From assembly GCA_964016885.1 (NCBI GenBank), contig CAXHJY010001117.1, forward strand, positions 62,001 to 126,000: 64,000 bases of DNA. Direction: 5' to 3'. Below the pieces are notes generated by a model. That model was not told where the DNA came from. It saw nothing but the letters and a program-made list of their open reading frames with translations, and did not search any database. Numbering within the stretch: position 1 is the first letter of the stretch; each line of letters opens with the position of its first letter. Below, piece by piece: positions 46,072 through 62,515 of this stretch. The stretch comes from Eledone cirrhosa (lineage: Eukaryota). Both the position numbers and the translations under genes were made by a program.

Positions 46072-46348
46072 GGCCCTTTACGTTCAAATCCCCGAGGTTG
46101 ACTTTGCGTTTCATCCTTTCGAGGTCGATAAAATAAAGTACCAGTAACGTACTGCAATAATTGATGACATTGTGCCTAGTCATACATGAGAGACCATGCT
46201 TTACAGCATTGAGTTAAGACTCTTTGCCTCCTCAGTTCAAATCCCGCCGAAGTCAACTTTACCTTTTATCCTGACAGGATCGATATAATAAAGTTACCAG
46301 TAATACACAGAGGTATTTGCTGGCCTTGTGCCAACACTAGAAACAATT
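46072..46348 (+). mobile_element. Two SINE (family 1) fragments
   Basis: gttcaaatccccgaggttgactttgcgtttcatcctttcgaggtcgataaaataaagtaccagt, plus a second copy ending ggccttgtgccaacactagaaac. Confidence 0.8.
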
Positions 46349-46725
46349 ATTATCATCACTGCTTTTATATATGTACAAGGTTATCCCATGGCTTCCTCCA
46401 GACAGTTAAACGTAAGTGAAGTCTTACAAATATTTGTAAACTTCGTACATTTTATGGTAAACCTACCAATTAAGCAATCTCTGTATTCTCCAGTTCCAAC
46501 ATCCAATGTCTGTTATTGCTATTTTTAATGTTCCCCATGCTTTGGTCTAATTACCCGATGCGTATATATATATATATATATATAAAGACATACACGCACA
46601 CACATATATATATGTAAATATATGTGTTTATATTTATACGTGTATATATAAGTATATATATATATAAATATATGTGTTTATATTTATACGTGTATATATA
46701 AGTATATATATATATATATATATAA

Positions 46726-46762
<37 letters not shown>

Positions 46763-46799
46763 TATGTGTTTATATTTATACGTGTATATATAAGTATAT

Positions 46800-48155
<1,356 letters not shown>

Positions 48156-48624
48156 TACATATGCATGTATTTAGCTAGCTATTAATATATATGAAAATAA
48201 GTAATCGCCTACCAACGTACAAATATTCAAACATTCATATATAAAACTAAATACACAAATATCCACATTTATAGATAGAAATCAATGAGTTTATGCATAC
48301 ACACATTTCTATGTGAATAGCAATATTCTGGTGAAACGGACATTTTATTCCAGTGAATGAATATAATAATCAATTTGACCAACTAACATAAATAGAGAAC
48401 TATAAAATATACTAACATGATCCGCCTTATAAAATCTATTAAGCGTTCTTCCTCTCCGCCTTGGCTATCGTTAAAGACGAGTTGGAGCGACACCTTTTGG
48501 AGTATAGGAGATTCGGCTGAGTATATATATTTGTGTATGTGTGTGTGTATAGGCCTAAGGGAACATTTATATATATACATGAATATATATATTTACACAC
48601 AGACGCACATACACACACACACGA

Positions 48625-48790
48625 TACTATGCGTAGTTTAGTAGAGTGGGTAATAGAAGAAGAGTCAGGACCCCGACGAATGGTTAAGTCTTCATTTCAT
48701 TTATTGCTTGGTGACGCGCGTTTCGCTATTGATCAGCTGAAGGTTAGATCTGTATCGATCTAGCCCGAATTTGTACGGATCCACCCTGTA
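48625..48790 (-). mobile_element. Family A-related PLE-like fragment with hammerhead 3' half
   Basis: agtagagtgggtaatagaa...ggaccccgacg is the reverse complement of the family A tail. The minus strand also carries GAAA-CGCGCG-TC at about 48713-48725. Confidence 0.5.
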
Positions 48791-48992
48791 CTAGACTAAT
48801 ACTTATTTTATCGACCCCGAAAGTGTGAAAGTGAGTGAGAGAGAGAGATAGAGAGAGAGCGAGAAAGAGAGAGAGAGGAAGAACCCACCTCAAACTAGAC
48901 TGGTCTTTTTTTTATCAACCACAAAAGGATAGAAATTGAAAGAGGGGAAATGAGAAAGAATTAAAGAGAAATAATCCTCCCGAGTAATAGAA

Positions 48993-49132
48993 TGGTACTT
49001 TTTTATCGACCTCTGACACATGAAATGGAGAGTTAGCCTCGGCATGATCTGAACTCAGAAAGGAAAAAGCTGATACAAATAAAGCAAATGACTTTATTTG
49101 ATGTTGTAACGACATTGCCAATTCACTGCCTT
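48993..49132 (-). mobile_element. Diverged SINE (family 1)
   Basis: tggtacttttttatcgacc...gttagcctcggcatgatctgaactcagaa...gccaattcactgcc. Confidence 0.7.
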
Positions 49133-50027
49133 AAACATAAATTACAGTTGTCAAAAATATAAAGAATGACGTTTTGGATGTATCTTTTACACAAGGAAGA
49201 AATTCATTCTTTATATTCATTCTTTATATTACATCTATTTTCAAAGAGATTAACAAGAAAGCAGAGTAAGGATAAGAAAACAAAGAATTACTAAATACTC
49301 TCAAGTGAATTAGGGAAACATTTCTCAACATAAATATTTTATATAATGACTTTAACCAGACAAATTTTCATGAAATATCTCGTTATTTCAGTCATGCTTT
49401 CGTGAACATAAAACAATTTAGAAAGTAAAAGAAAAATATATACACTACATGAAAAGCAAATAAAAATAAAAATTGCATTGTAAAAAATAAACAAATGAAT
49501 ATATATATATGTAAATAAATAAATATATATATGATATATGAATAAATATATATATAAATAAATATATATATATAAATAAATATATATATATAAATAAATA
49601 TATATATATAAATAAATATATATATATAAATAAATATATATATAAATAAATATATATATATAAATAAATATATATATAAATAAATATATATATATAAATA
49701 AATATATATATATAAATAAATATATATATATAAATAAATATATATATAAATAAATATATATATATAAATAAATATATATATAAATAAATATATATATATA
49801 AATAAATATATATATATAAATAAATATATATATAAATAAATAAATATATATATAAATAAATATATATATATAAATAAATATATATATAAATAAATATATA
49901 TATAAATAAATATATATATAAATAAATATATATATAAATAAATATATATATAAATAAATATATATATAAATAAATATATATAAATAAATATATATAAATA
50001 TATATATATAAATATATATATACAAAT

Positions 50028-50064
<37 letters not shown>

Positions 50065-50079
50065 AATATATATATATAA

Positions 50080-50122
<43 letters not shown>

Positions 50123-50345
50123 TATATAAATATATATAAATATATATAAATATATATAAATATATATAAATATATATAAATATATATAAATATATATATA
50201 TATATATAAATATATATAAATATATATAAATATATATAAATATATATAAATATATATAAATATATATATATAAATATATATAAATATATATAAATATAAA
50301 TATATAAATATATATATATAAATATATATAAATATATATATATAA

Positions 50346-50389
<44 letters not shown>

Positions 50390-50638
50390 CTATTAAAAAC
50401 AATGAGAAAAACACATAAAATATTTTAAAATAAGCTAATTAAAAACTGAACAACGTACGAGGTTGTGGGCCGTGTGTGTGTGTATATATATATATGTATA
50501 TATATATATATAAAGAATGCATGTATACATACATATATATATATATTTATATATATATACATATATAGAGACATATAAATACACATATATATTTATAAGT
50601 ATGTATATCTATACACATATAAATATAAATACATATAA

Positions 50639-50692
<54 letters not shown>

Positions 50693-50813
50693 TACAATAA
50701 ACTCCCCACCGACATTCCGCCGTTCCCTCTACATCTATCATGTTCCCGAAAATTTCACTCAAACGATTTGATTTGTTTCAGCAAGAATTTTTACGATGTC
50801 TTTTGTATGTGGC

Positions 50814-50846
<33 letters not shown>

Positions 50847-50889
50847 CATATATATATACATATATATATATATACATATATATATATAC

Positions 50890-50940
<51 letters not shown>

Positions 50941-50964
50941 CATATACATATACATATATATACA

Positions 50965-51038
<74 letters not shown>

Positions 51039-51150
51039 CATACATACACATATATACATATATATATATATATACATACATACACATATATACATATATA
51101 TATATATATACATACATACACATATATACATATATATATATATCTACATA

Positions 51151-51190
<40 letters not shown>

Positions 51191-51309
51191 CATATATATA
51201 TATACATATACATATATATACATATATATATACACATGTATATATACATATATACACATATATATATATATACATATATACACACACATATATATATATA
51301 TACATATAT

Positions 51310-51340
<31 letters not shown>

Positions 51341-51447
51341 CATATATACATATATATACACATATATACATATATATACACATATATATATATATACACA
51401 TATATATATATATACACATATATATATATATACATATATATATATAC

Positions 51448-51496
<49 letters not shown>

Positions 51497-51876
51497 CATA
51501 TATATATGTATATACATATATATATGTATACATATATATATATATACATATATATATGTATATACATATATATATATATACATATATACATATATACATA
51601 TATATATATATACATATATAAATATATACATATATATACACATATATATACATATAAATGTATATATATACACATATGTATACATATATATATGTGTGTT
51701 TATATATACACATATATGTATACATATATATATGTGTGTATATATATACACATCTATGTATACATATATATGTGTGTATATATATACACATATATGTATA
51801 CATATATATATGTGTGTATATATATATACATATATGTATATATATATATATGTGTGTATATATATATACATATATG

Positions 51877-51938
<62 letters not shown>

Positions 51939-52166
51939 TATATATATATATATATATATACATACATATACACACACACACACACATATAGATATACATA
52001 TATATGTGTGTGTGTGTGTGTCTGTGTATATACATATTAATTAATTATTTTTTCAACATGCTGTTTTCTTTTATCGTGACATTTCTGTTAATTCTTCCCC
52101 TAGCTGCCATTGCTATTGCTGTTGTTCTGGTTGTTATTGTTATTATGAGTGGTATTAGCAGCAGTG

Positions 52167-52212
<46 letters not shown>

Positions 52213-52295
52213 CAGCAGCAGAGGTAGTAGTAGTAGTAGTAGTAGTAGCAGCAGAGGTAGTAGTAGTAGTAGTAGTAGTAGTAGCAACAGCAGAG

Positions 52296-52332
<37 letters not shown>

Positions 52333-54119
52333 CAGCAGCAGCATCAGCAGCAGTAGTAGTAGTAGTGGTAGTAGTAGTAGTAGTAGTAGCAACAGCAGCA
52401 GCAGTAGTAGTAGTAGCAACAGCAGCAGCAGTAGCAGCAGCAGTGGTTTTAAGAGATGGCTGTGGATTGAAAGGTGATCTTACAGCGAGAATTCGTCGAC
52501 AGAGAATCGTTGTTAGATTTCGCCAACAATCTGCAGAAACCTGCTGCACGTGAGGTATTGCAGACGACCGCAATGTCTGCCGCGATTGGCTGTTATGGTA
52601 ATATCGTAGACAGTTGTAGTTATAGAAGGAATGGTGAGGTGGGCTTGTAGGTGGTGGGGAGGGGGGATTAGTGTGTGTGGGGGGGTGTTGTAGTTCGTGG
52701 AGGTGGTTGTGGTGGTGGTGGGGTGCTGTGGTGTTGGCGGTGGTGGTGGTAGTGGTGGTGTGTGGTGGTGGGGTGGTGGTGTTGTTGGTGGTGATTGTGG
52801 TAGTGGGGTGGTGTTGGTGGTAGGGTGGTGGTGGTGGTGGTGGTGGTGATGGCGTGTGTGGTGGGGAGGTGGTGTGTCGGGGGTGATGTGGGGAGGGATG
52901 TGTGTGGTGAGGTGGAAGACAGGATGGTGAGCTGAGGGCTGAGGAGTGGGGAGAGGAGAGAAGCGGGAGAGGATAGAAGAGTGAGAGGAGATATGGGGGA
53001 GAGGAGAGAGAGAGAGGGAGGGAGGGGGAGATGGAGGGGGTGATGGGGAGTAGGGAAGAGGAAAGTCGAGAAAGATGAGGGGAAGTAGAGATGGGGAAAT
53101 TTAACAGAAAAGGAAAGAGTGCGGCTATTAGACATTTCAGAAAAAGTGATAGTGATAGAGTGAAAGAGATTGAATGAAAGACATACAGAAAGAAATAGAG
53201 AGAAGAATTAGAGTGAAAGAGGGTGACAGAGTAATTAAAATTGAAATAGAGAGAAAGAGTGACACAGGAAGAGAAATATGATAAGAAACAGAGAGAGAGA
53301 GAGAGACTAAGAAAGAGAGAGAGAAATGGATAAACAATTATTGAGAGAGTGAAAGAACGGATGTGGGTTTATATATTCACATTCAAGGATTTGACTTTTA
53401 AATTTGTTTCCCTATATTTTATCTTCTTATTTAAATGCAATTATTATTATTATTATTATTATTACTACTATTATTTTGCTCGTTTCGGTTTTGTTGTCTT
53501 TTTCTTTCTTTGCAGATATCTGATATGCAAGTTGGAACATGGCAAGTTGTAAATAAGATTTCATTCCTATACGAATCCAATTTGAGCTGTGTACGAAATA
53601 TTTGCTAGAATCTTCAGAGCATGGCTTCCGAAGAGAGGCGACAGAATGTTACATACACAAATAGTCGTTTTAGTTTACATTTCAGAAAATAATTCTTCCC
53701 TCCATTTGGCATTTCCTATCTCTTTCTCTTTATTTATATACAATTTCAACAGTGTAGTTTATAATATCAATATATGTACACCGCCATGACGAGCGTATTC
53801 GACTTCTATGATAATGGCGACGTACAAAGATGGCGAACAACGATAAGGTTGATGTTGTTAGCCATCGGATACAATTCAATTCGCTAGGCGGATATACATT
53901 TCAAAGTTTCTTTTCATATCGTCATTATCTCATCCGGCAATCCATTTGCCTTTGTTAAAACATGTTCCTGTTACAACAAACAAACGTTATTATGGAAAGT
54001 TTGAAAGTTACGTATAAGAAAATTTGATTGGCTTTCCATAGCGACGCATAATAATTACTGGTGAATGGATTTTTGAAAACAGTCAAAATTTCAGTATAGC
54101 GCTTTGTATTCCCCCGAAT

Positions 54120-54495
54120 GGTCTTTGGAGTAACGTTACTTGATAGAATGGGTAGCGCGGAGACCAGAGAGTCACTCAAGGTTGAGCTGCTACTACTCTG
54201 AATTGTGAGTTCACAGCTCTGATACTATGGACATGTGGTTAGAATGTCTCAGGAAAGAATCACTGGACAGATTTTACGGGCAAAACCAGCCGGCAAGAGA
54301 CCCAGGGGTAGACGCTTAGCAAGATAGTTGGATAACATCCATGAGCTTGGCTGGTCTTGCTTGGGTATCAGCTGGATCAGTTGGAGACAGTTGCTTCTGA
54401 CACGACCCGCTAGAGGGAGTGTTTGAGGATTCTGCTTTCATCCCAACTTTCTCAGGAAACAAGAATAAGAATAAGAATAAGAATAAGAATAAGAA
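54120..54495 (+). mobile_element. RTE-clade LINE 3' end with (AAGAAT)n tail
   Basis: The degenerate translation is VTLLDRM..RESLKVELLLL*I..SQL*YYGHVVRMSQERI..ILRAKPAGKRPRGR..R*LDNIHELGWS. A microsatellite tail lies at 54461-54494. Confidence 0.85.
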
Positions 54496-54827
54496 ACTTT
54501 ATATTGTGTCACATTCCCTATGTTATTCTAATTACTGTGAAAAATTAACTAATCCTTTATTTCGCAGCCAGGCTCCTGTCAGGTGCAATGTTGTAAGGTT
54601 GCATATGCTGATTTATAATTCAACAGCTGTTGTTGATGCACCTCAAGAAATCTATAGGCTGTACTGAAGGAGTTATACTAGAGCTGTGAAATCTTACATG
54701 CATTCATTTCAGCTCTTCTGGTTCTTTCCAGAAACTATATGGACAAATAAATCATATTTAAACATGCCACTCAAGATTCAAGAATTGAAACTACGCGCTG
54801 TCCCGATAGCGAGTCAAATCTGAAATG

Positions 54828-55380
54828 TCGTCGGTCTCTCTTCTCCCTCTGTCGTCTCATCGTCTCGTGTTTGATAAATAAATAACCAGTATGGTCCAAA
54901 AGCTTATGGCACAATCTAGTTTCTACACTCTCACTTCTCTCGGCTCTTTCGTCTCTTGTGTCACTCGTCAAACTACTCACTCTTCTCTCTTGTCTGTCTT
55001 CTCGCTCTCTCTCTCTCGTGTAACTATCGTCTCTTGTTTGATAAATAAATTGTTAGCGAGCTCTCTAGTCTCTTCACTCTCACTTCTCTCTCTCGTCACT
55101 CATCCCTTGTTTGATAAACAAATTGTCAGGAGCTCTTTAGTTTCTTCACTCTCTCGTCGAAAGTATTGCTCCCCTCTCTTCTCTCGTCGTCTCTATCAAA
55201 CTCCCCTCTCTTGTGTGATAAATAAATTGTCAGCGAGGTCTTTCATCTCTCCTCTTTTTCTCGTCACTATCGTCTCTTGTTTGATAAATAAATTGTCAAC
55301 GAGATATCTCGTTTCTTCTTTCTCCCGTCACTATCACACCCACTCTCTTCTCTCCTGTGTGATAAATAAATAGTCAGCTA
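54828..55380. repeat. Diverged 60-100-bp pyrimidine-rich tandem array
   Basis: tcgtctcttgtttgataaataaattgtcagcgag recurs about 6 times. Confidence 0.8.
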
Positions 55381-58111
55381 GGTTCAAAAGCTCATGGCAT
55401 CGAAATCAATTCTAGTGTCATCTCATTACCCAAGTTTGATTGAACATTTAATATATAGAATTCAGCTTCTGACGGAACTTCTGACACTACCTACTCCGTT
55501 CTACCTTTCAGCTCAAAGAAATGGCGAGGAACAAAAAAGAAAAAGAAAGTTTTCATCTCTCAATAACGGCATCCATTGGAACTTAAATAGTATAATCTTA
55601 TGGCTTGATTAGATCGATACCAATAACCATTCATATCGTCTTAATTTCTTCTCGTTTACCTCTTCTTTTCTTTATTTATCTGCGTTCCAATTTTTCCATC
55701 AATTGCGGTATGTGGTTGACTGTGTAGATGTTTGAGAGTGTGGGCGAGTGTGTACTTGTATGTGTGTCCATGTCCGTTTAGATGTCGTTATGTGTTGTCA
55801 GTGTGTGTACGTGTGTGTGTGTTTCTCTGCGGTTCTGTGTGTCACTGGAAGAGCCTATTTGAATATGTGTGTGTATCTGTATGACTGTGTTTGTCACTTT
55901 CTGTTATATAGTTCACGCATGTACGAAGAGAAAGGCGCCAACATCCGCACATACACTTCTACACACACATATACACACATACACATCTTCACACACACAC
56001 ATATGTTTTCAGATAAGTGCAATATAATTATATTTCTTTGTGCCTTTGTATATATATATATATATATATATGGACATTAATACACACCCACACACACACA
56101 CACACACATGTATATATATATATATACGACATACATTATATATATATATATATTATATATATATATATATATGCACACACAAACGTATACATACATATAC
56201 AACCTGACACACACCCGTATCTATTTCGAATGAGTTATCCTCCCTTTCTTTCCACATCAGAATATTAAACCTTCCTATCTTTATTGAATCTAGGCGGTAA
56301 TGGGACTTCTTTTTCTTCTTCTTTGCCTTCTTCCACACCACCCCCTCCACTCCGCAACATCTACCCTTTCCTTCCAATATCCTAATCCTTTCACTAACAC
56401 TATTACTCCACTACCACACCACCACCTCACACCACACCACCGACCCGTTAGCCCTTCCATTCAGCCATTATATCTCCCAATCAACTGAGGTCCAGATCCA
56501 AAGTGAAATCTTTATTTAATTCAGTTGTGAGGAATCCTTAAGATATTGCTAATCCCTGGAGATTAGTACCAGTCATTATAAAGCACCCCTCGCCACACGC
56601 TACTACCACCAACACCTCCACCAACACACACGACCACTACCACCGCCACCACACCAACACCGTCACCACCAGCGCTACCACCACCACACCGACACAAACA
56701 CCACCACTTCCAACAGCACCTCCACCAATACATCCACTATCACAAATACCAACACCACCACTAACACATCCACCCTAACAACATCACCACCACCACCACC
56801 GACATCAACACCATCACAGACTCCACCACCACCTCCACAACCACCACCACCTCCACCATTACCACCACCATCACCACCACCATCCTCGCAAGGATGAAAG
56901 GTGAAGTTAACCTAAGCGGGATTTGAACTCGGACAATAAAGGGCCGTAACTCTATGTTGATGAAGATGATGGTGGTGATTCTCATTGTGATGATGATGGT
57001 AATGATAAGGCTGATGAAGATGATGATGATGATGATGGTAATGATGATGATGATGGTAATGATGATGATGGTGATGGTGATGATGATGATGGTGATGATG
57101 ATGGGGAATCGGATGATGTTTGTGGGAAATTAGATGATGGTGATGATGGTAATGGTGATGGTAATAGTGGTGAAGATGTTTGTGATGATGATGGTGATGA
57201 TAACGATGGGGAATCAGATAATGGTGATGGTAATGTTGATGGTGATGGTGATGGTGGTGAAGATGTTTGTGATGATGATGATGATGATGATAAGGATGGG
57301 GAATCAGATGATGGTGATGACAATAAATATAAATAAATTTAATTGACAACAATATATACAATGTAAGTTAATTTATCAAGACATGTTACGGCCATTCTTT
57401 ACAAGAACGATTCTGTTGTTTTCTCGCAGAGTCCGCCATGTTTTCCCAGAATCCTTTGTCCTTCCATTACGCGGTTTTGGCGCCAAAAGGCTAAAGCTAG
57501 ATTGAGAGAGTTTTGTGAAATTTAACAGCGACAAAACATGTATTATCTTCTGAAACAATTGGAATACAACCTAACAATTGTTTTGTATTTGTAGGGCCTT
57601 ACATCAGCACCCGATTTATCAATGTCATCGCCACCATCGTCATCGGCGTCGTCGCCGCCATCGTCGTCATCGGCGACAACGCCATCGTCATCATTGGCGT
57701 CGTTGTCGTCATCGTCGTCGTTATAATGTTCTTTCTTTATCTTCTCTACCTCCATTCTCTTCGTCTTTCCTTCATCTGCACATCTCCCCCCCCCCACCTC
57801 ATTCCCCCCTCCCCCTCATAATATTCCTCCCCTTCCTTCCCCTTCTACTCACACTCCTCAATCTTCTCCTCCTCATCGTTCTTGTTCTGTTCCGCCTCAA
57901 GATCATCATCATCATCATATTCGCCATCATCACCACCACCACCATCACCATCATCACCACCACCATCACCATCATTATCATCACGACCATCCCCATCACC
58001 ACACCACCACCACCACCACCATCATTATTACTTGACTCATTAAACAATGATGTCATTAAAAGTATTATATAAACAAATCATTATTTTTTATTATTAATGT
58101 GTGTAATATGA

Positions 58112-58358
58112 TTACGTCATGCTTTCCGGCATAGAGTTAAGTACCTTTACAAACTGAGTTCAAATCCCGCCGAAGTTAACTTTACCTTTCTTCCTTACGG
58201 GGGTCGATAAAATAAAGTACCAGTAATACACTGGTGTAATTGCTGGCCGTGTGCCAAAAGTAGAAACAATCATAATGCCAGACACCATGTTTTACAGCAT
58301 AGAGTTAAGGCCCTTTATGTTCTGAGTTCAAACCCCGCTGGCTTTAAGTAGAAACAGT
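58112..58358 (+). mobile_element. SINE (family 1) plus partial tandem copy
   Basis: gagttcaaatcccgccgaagttaactttacctttc...gtcgataaaataaagtaccagt...gtgccaaaagtagaaac. Confidence 0.85.
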
Positions 58359-58472
58359 TACAATATAATTACAACTACTACACTATTGTTGTTGTTATCA
58401 TCATCATCACCATCTACATCATAATTAACATCATATTCATCATCATCAAAAATATCAACAACACATATATAT

Positions 58473-58500
<28 letters not shown>

Positions 58501-58503
<3 letters not shown>

Positions 58504-58697
58504 GGAAAACGTATGACCCCGACGGCAGAGCTCAAGCTGGTCCGGCGGCTATTTCTGGCCTCAGAAATAACCGCCGAAACGGCTTCGGCTCTGCCGTCGG
58601 GGTCATACTTTTTCCTATTACCCACTCTACTACCCTAAATATTGAGTACTCTGGTGCGTTATGGTCCATGTGGTTCCTTACCACAATTCCTTTGTTG
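58501..58697 (+). mobile_element. Hairpin-headed PLE-like short element (family A, copy 2)
   Basis: A ~118-nt hairpin at 58501-58618 with an inner stem followed by GAAACGGCTT. It has the same tail as the 28735 copy and is flanked by (TA)n. Confidence 0.75.
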
Positions 58698-58846
58698 TAT
58701 ATATATATATATATATATACATGTGTGTATAGATGCTCATATATATATGTGCATACACACACACAGACACACACACACACACACACACACGTGTATATAT
58801 ATAATACTGTTAGCTTCTTGCTCACATTAATTTCTTTATTTTCATT

Positions 58847-58926
<80 letters not shown>

Positions 58927-59166
58927 TACATATATACATATATATATGCACACATACACTGCTTTATTGTCTTTATATCATTTCGATTTATTGTAGTTGT
59001 AAATGCATTTGTTGCTTCTGCTTCTGTTGCTCTTGTTGTTGTTGTTTTGTTGTTGTTGCTGTTGTTAGAGTCTTGCAGTAGGCGTTGAAATTTACTTGCA
59101 GAAAAAATGTTTCCAAAACTTTGCTGTTTTTCAGCACCAGGAGCGATTTTAATCACATGCTGTATA

Positions 59167-59208
<42 letters not shown>

Positions 59209-59224
59209 TATATATTCATACACG

Positions 59225-59276
<52 letters not shown>

Positions 59277-59559
59277 TATAAATACATATATATACATATA
59301 TATAAATACATATATATATACATACATGTATATATATATATATATATACATATATACATATATACATACATGTATATATATATATATATATACATACATA
59401 CATATATACATACATGTATATATATATATATATATACATACATGTATATATATACATATATACATGTATATATATACATATATACATACATACATGTATA
59501 TATATACATATATACATACATACATGTATATATATACATATATATATAGACATATACAC

Positions 59560-59590
<31 letters not shown>

Positions 59591-60112
59591 CATATATATA
59601 TATACATATATACACATATACACATATATATATACCTATACATATATACATATATATATAATTATACACGCCTACATATATAGAACTAATTGTATAACAT
59701 ATACATAGACATGTATATGGAAAAAAAGAAGACTAAGAGAGAAAGAGAGAGAGAGGAAAAGAGAGGGAGAGTCAGTGTGAGAGAGAGAGAGAGTGAGATT
59801 GTTTAAGACAACATCAATATACGGTGAGAGGTTGAAGACATGGGAGGTAACTGGGTTGTTTCTGCGTGTTATGCGGAGAGAATATATTTGTTGTTATTCC
59901 TGAATTTACGTTGCTGCCGCACTTTTTGATGTTGTGTGTGTTTGTCAGTGTATGTGTGAGTGTGGTAGTGCGTGTGTGAGTGTGTATGTGTGTGAATGTG
60001 TGAGTGTGAGTGTGTGTGTTTTATACATTCCAGGAACGCCATATCATTTCCTGGTCGATTCTTTTAAAATGTAACATCCATGTTTAAGTAAATTGAACAT
60101 GGATGTTTCGAA

Positions 60113-60166
<54 letters not shown>

Positions 60167-60369
60167 ACACCAGCACCACCACCAACTCCAAAAACAGCAA
60201 CAACAAGACCAAAACTGCCACCAGCAACAACACCACCACCAACAACACCAACACCAACACCACCAACACCACCACCACCACAAACAACGTCTCTATACTA
60301 GTTTACGTTCATCTGATAACATTTTATCTAATTTAAAATGTTTATTAAATTACTTTGTATCTGCAGTGG

Positions 60370-60605
60370 CAGCCTTGTTAGAGGGTTGGACAGTCATTGT
60401 GGTATATAGCTACGTCCCTATATATTCTGTGTTCAATACCTGCCGAAATTAGATTTACCTATCATCCTTACGGATTGGCTTTAATTTAACGACCCAGTAG
60501 GCTTCATAGGCAAAGCTAACCATGGTGGGATATGAAATCAGTAACTAAAGGGATGTAACTTCATGTCATAAAGCATATTGTGTGAAGCTCTACCGATTCT
60601 GCCAA
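60370..60605. mobile_element. Two old, oppositely oriented SINE remnants
   Basis: gttcaatacctgccgaaattagatttacctatcatccttacgg on the plus strand and ctaccgattctgccaat on the minus strand. Confidence 0.5.
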
Positions 60606-61545
60606 TAAAGTAATAACAACAATTGACGAGATGGAATTAATGTTTTCTTAGAATAATTCTGATATTTTTATTTGAAAATACTGTTGTATGCGACCCACAC
60701 ATTCTTAGTCATTTGCAATTCGATTTCAGCTATTTGATTACTGATCCTACTTACCGGCGGAGATCCCTTAGAAAGGTCCTCCAATATGTTATATAGAGTC
60801 ACACAGAAATTGAACTTTCGATGAACCATTACACACCACGTCTTAATATCTCGTTGAAAAAGTGTATGATAGAAATTTAAGAGTAGAAACTTTCACAATG
60901 TTGCCACCAAGGAAAGAACACTCGTCCGAAACGATTAATTTATAATATTAAGAATTGCTTGTCTAACAAAATGAGGCATAATTAAAAATAAATCATATGT
61001 TAAGATGGCCGATAAATAAAATTAAAATTATAAATAAATAAATATTTAAATACGTATTGACAGAAAATTAATTTCCCCACCAGGTGATGATAAATGGCGA
61101 ATTTTATTTACATTTAAAGACATGATTTTAACATGGCTTTTATAATTACATTTAAAAATTATTATCTGCGTTTATATATTTAAAAATAACTATTGCTGAA
61201 ATGAATAATGATAGAAAAACGTTAAAATACACCACAAATAATAATTTAAAAAAAATATTAAAAATAATTATTCGTTATCTAGGAAACTGTTCTATATAAC
61301 TATATTAATATAAATGAATTATTTATATATCACTTGCGATCATAAATAATAATGTCAAACAGAAGACGAGACAATTTCTGCTGATTTATTTACCGTTTGG
61401 TAAAGATTCACTTCGCTATGGGAAGATATTAATACAGCTTAATAATGCGAAGCAACGAGCATTGAGGTGAAGGAAACTATCTGCATGTTTCTCTCGCAAT
61501 ATGAGACATTATACACAAACATACAAACATAAATACATAAATGCA

Positions 61546-61583
<38 letters not shown>

Positions 61584-61886
61584 ATTAATAAATGGAAACT
61601 ATATTTATAAAACCATATTTATTTCATTATACATATTTCAGGGATACCATATTAAATTATGGTATGCCTTCATCAGACAAAATACAATATATAACAGTTT
61701 TACAAATAGCTTTGACGTACCCTTTTAAAATACAACCATTACTTTTGGAGGCTGTCTGGTTAGTGAGTTGTTTATATTGTTTTAATAAGTCATAGTGTTA
61801 AGCACAATTAGAAAAAGACGGAGATAAAGAAAAAGAAAAAAGACGGAGAGAGAGAAAAGAACAAAAAAGGAGAGAGAGAAATTTGG

Positions 61887-61928
<42 letters not shown>

Positions 61929-62065
61929 CCAAATGTTAAAGAAGGTTCATTGATTATTCAATGAATATAGTTTTACAATAGATTAAAATGACTCAACAAA
62001 GAAGTTTTCTGCCAAGACAGGGATTGAACCATCAGCACAGTTGAGGTATGTCATACATCAATTTA

Positions 62066-62131
62066 TGTATTTTATCTGATGAGGACGTACTGAAAAAACA
62101 GCACAGTACCTCCGAAATATATATAATAAAA
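62066..62131 (+). ncRNA. Minimal type-I hammerhead ribozyme motif
   Basis: TTTTAT-CTGATGA-GGAcGTACTG(aaaaaacagca)CAGTACcTCC-GAAA-TATATA-TAATAAAA. The core is intact and stem II pairs at 9/10 positions. Confidence 0.7.
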
Positions 62132-62177
62132 CAAATATTTTGAATATGTAAATGTCTCCATTTATTAATATTTTGAA

Positions 62178-62222
<45 letters not shown>

Positions 62223-62361
62223 GTATATATATATATATATATATTTATATGTATATGTGTATGTATATATATAATACGAGTATGTGTATCTATATATTTA
62301 TATACAGGTTTTTGTGAGATTTGTGTGCGTGCCGTAACTTTTCGGCGTTTATGCATTTGTT

Positions 62362-62515
<154 letters not shown>

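Noticed and set aside
52004-52573. Signal-peptide-like plus poly-Ser, poly-Leu or poly-Thr ORFs
   Set aside because: They derive from (AGT/AGC)n trinucleotide repeats, are open in several frames and have no domain content.
53516-53608. Strong + acceptor followed by ISDMQVGTWQVVNKISFLYESNLSCVRNIC*
   Set aside because: No convincing donor and no recognisable protein. The pyrimidine tract adjoins simple repeats.
56912-57361. His-rich ORF resembling a cephalopod His-rich structural protein
   Set aside because: A (GAT/GGT)n repeat beside a SINE fragment, open in multiple frames and lacking splice or signal-peptide support.
60755-60829. Possible minus-strand first exon MVHRKFNFCVTLYNILEDLSKGSPP with donor gtaagt
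   Set aside because: Only the donor is strong. There is no promoter, homology or linkage evidence.
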